Origin: Mobula hypostoma
Lineage: Eukaryota
NCBI RefSeq assembly: GCF_963921235.1
Contig: NC_086109.1
Span: forward strand, 9,860,001 to 9,924,000
Direction: 5' to 3'
DNA: 64,000 nt
The notes under the pieces: generated by a model
Database searches by the model: none
The model's input: the letters and a program-made list of their open reading frames with translations, nothing else
Told to the model about the DNA's origin: nothing
Shown: positions 62,219 to 64,000 of the stretch, one piece after another
Numbering within the stretch: position 1 is the first letter of the stretch
How the letters are laid out: every line of letters begins with the position of its first letter
Position numbers and translations under genes: made by a program

Positions 62219-62764
62219 ACTTCATGCGTCTATGGACTCACTGAGGCTGTGGGCCTGCTCCAGGCTTCATGTGTCTATGGACTCACTTTCGTTCTGAACG
62301 CTGTTGGTTGCTTTTATTGTTTGAAAGATGTGTATTTTTTTCCTCTCTCTCTGCTCATTGGGTGTTTGTTGGCCCTTTTATTAAATGGGTTCTTTAGGGT
62401 TTCTTGTTTCATGGCTGCCTGTAAGCAGACGAATCTCAACATCGTATAACTTATACATATTTAGGTAATAAACATACTTTGACCTTTGAACTGCTCATGG
62501 TGGTGGATTATAACTGCTAGCCTTAGAATCACATATAGGTCACTCAGGTAACTAATATATCCCTCTGTTATTGAACCAGCCGATGGTTTCTTGATACTCA
62601 AATAATAACACCATCATTATCACTGTTACTTAGTGTACTTTCTAGTTCTAGCTAGATCTGAACTTGTCAGGAACACTAACCCAGTACTTACACTTACACT
62701 TACTGGCAACTCACACAATGCAACGCAAAACACAAATACATTTATTGAAGTACTGGTTGCATTA

Positions 62765-63222
62765 CAGTCTGGTCTGTACAGGATCGAAAAAGGCTGCAGA
62801 AAGTTGTAAACTCAGCCAGCTCCATCATGGGCACCAGCTCTTCCAGCATTGAGGACACCTTCGAAAGGCACTGCCCCAAGAAGGTGGAATCCATCATTAA
62901 GGACCCTCCATCACCCAGACGCCCTCTTCCCATTGCCACCATCACAGAGGGTGTACAGGAGCCTAAAGACACAACACTCAATGTTTCAGGGACAGCTTCT
63001 TCCCCTCCGCCATCAGATTTCTGAATGGACACTGAACCCATGAACTGTTCCTCACTATTTTCTTTTGCTTTTTCTTTGCACTACTTACTTAATTTAATAT
63101 TATATAAATATGTCTTATTGTAATTTATTGTTTTTTATCAATTCGCATTGCACTGTATTGCTGCCGCAAAACAACAAATTTCACGACGTATGCCAGTGAT
63201 AGTAAACCTGATTTTGATTCTG
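62765..63222 (+). mobile_element. Rex1/Babar-type LINE 3' end
   Basis: Similar to 2670-3130 (SIIKDP motif and shared 3' UTR/tail). Confidence 0.82.
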
Positions 63223-64000
63223 TAACATGCAGAGGAGAGGATGTCATTGCTAATTTGGAGTCCAGGTGATTAAACAGATTAAGGGTGCATGGTGCAGGGT
63301 GCAGGTTCCCTGACCGCAATTAAGACTTTGGCACTGCATGGAAAACCAGATTCAGAGGGGAGGGATATGGATAAGATGAAACAGGAATGCCCCCAAACCT
63401 GTTTTCTGGTTGTCTGGGTACAAATAGTAACAGGTGGAGGGGTTAGCCTCTGAGATTACACTTGTTCTCATATCACAGCTTCTTTTGAAGTTGGTCGCGA
63501 TTCAACATGTGTGTAAATATTGTGGAATTTGTAAAGATAGCACTGGGTTGATAATAGTTGACCCACGAGCAATAAGGATTTCACTTCCAGCAGTCCCGCA
63601 GGGCTGCGAGGGAATGAGAGCAGGTTCAAAGCTCTTGGAGCAGCACTTACCTCAGGAAGGGTGCTTCAGGTAATTAGGTATTCTGATGCAACGTCACCAC
63701 GAGCTGAATGCTACCTGTGTTTATAAAATAGAGAGCAGACAGGTAGCCAGCAGTAGAGGTGGGTCCTACAGTATTTATACTCCTGAAAGCAGTCCATTGA
63801 GGAAGGATTGGTGAAACTGGAAGGAGTCTCTGTCAAAAATTTAACACCCCATCCCATACGTAACAGGTAGGTGCCTTCTGTGTAACATTTCTCTCTTTTC
63901 TTTCTCGAGGCTCTTCGCCTTCAAATTGCTGAAAGCTGCGGACTGGTCGTCCTTTTATTTAACTTGTGTAAATACTTCCCTACCCTGGCCCGACCAGCAC

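Overview
This is eukaryotic, repeat-dominated genomic DNA. The mix of CR1, Rex1/Babar, Penelope and HE1-like V-SINE elements suggests a cartilaginous fish (inference). No host protein-coding gene can be identified, and nearly all tracked ORFs are transposon fragments or chance frames. The first ~18.5 kb is a degenerate 44-bp hairpin-forming tandem satellite. It is organised as a higher-order macro-repeat (Penelope remnant + fold-back head + array) and interrupted by many nested retroelements. Notable elements are: a decayed GalEa-like Copia LTR retrotransposon with a tRNA-iMet primer-binding site (20.2-23.6 kb); a young 5'-truncated HERO/NeSL-like LINE with a restriction-like endonuclease (53.4-54.8 kb); short Penelope-derived insertions carrying minimal hammerhead ribozymes and perfect TSDs; two oppositely oriented hAT-like MITEs with a 6-bp TSD retaining a zinc-finger exon; and a 59-bp minisatellite. 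A few TE-poor islands (37.5-40 kb, 44-46.3 kb, 57.2-57.6 kb, 63.2-64 kb) may hold unidentified exons or regulatory DNA. Boundaries of old elements are approximate, and all family assignments come from motif recognition rather than database searches.
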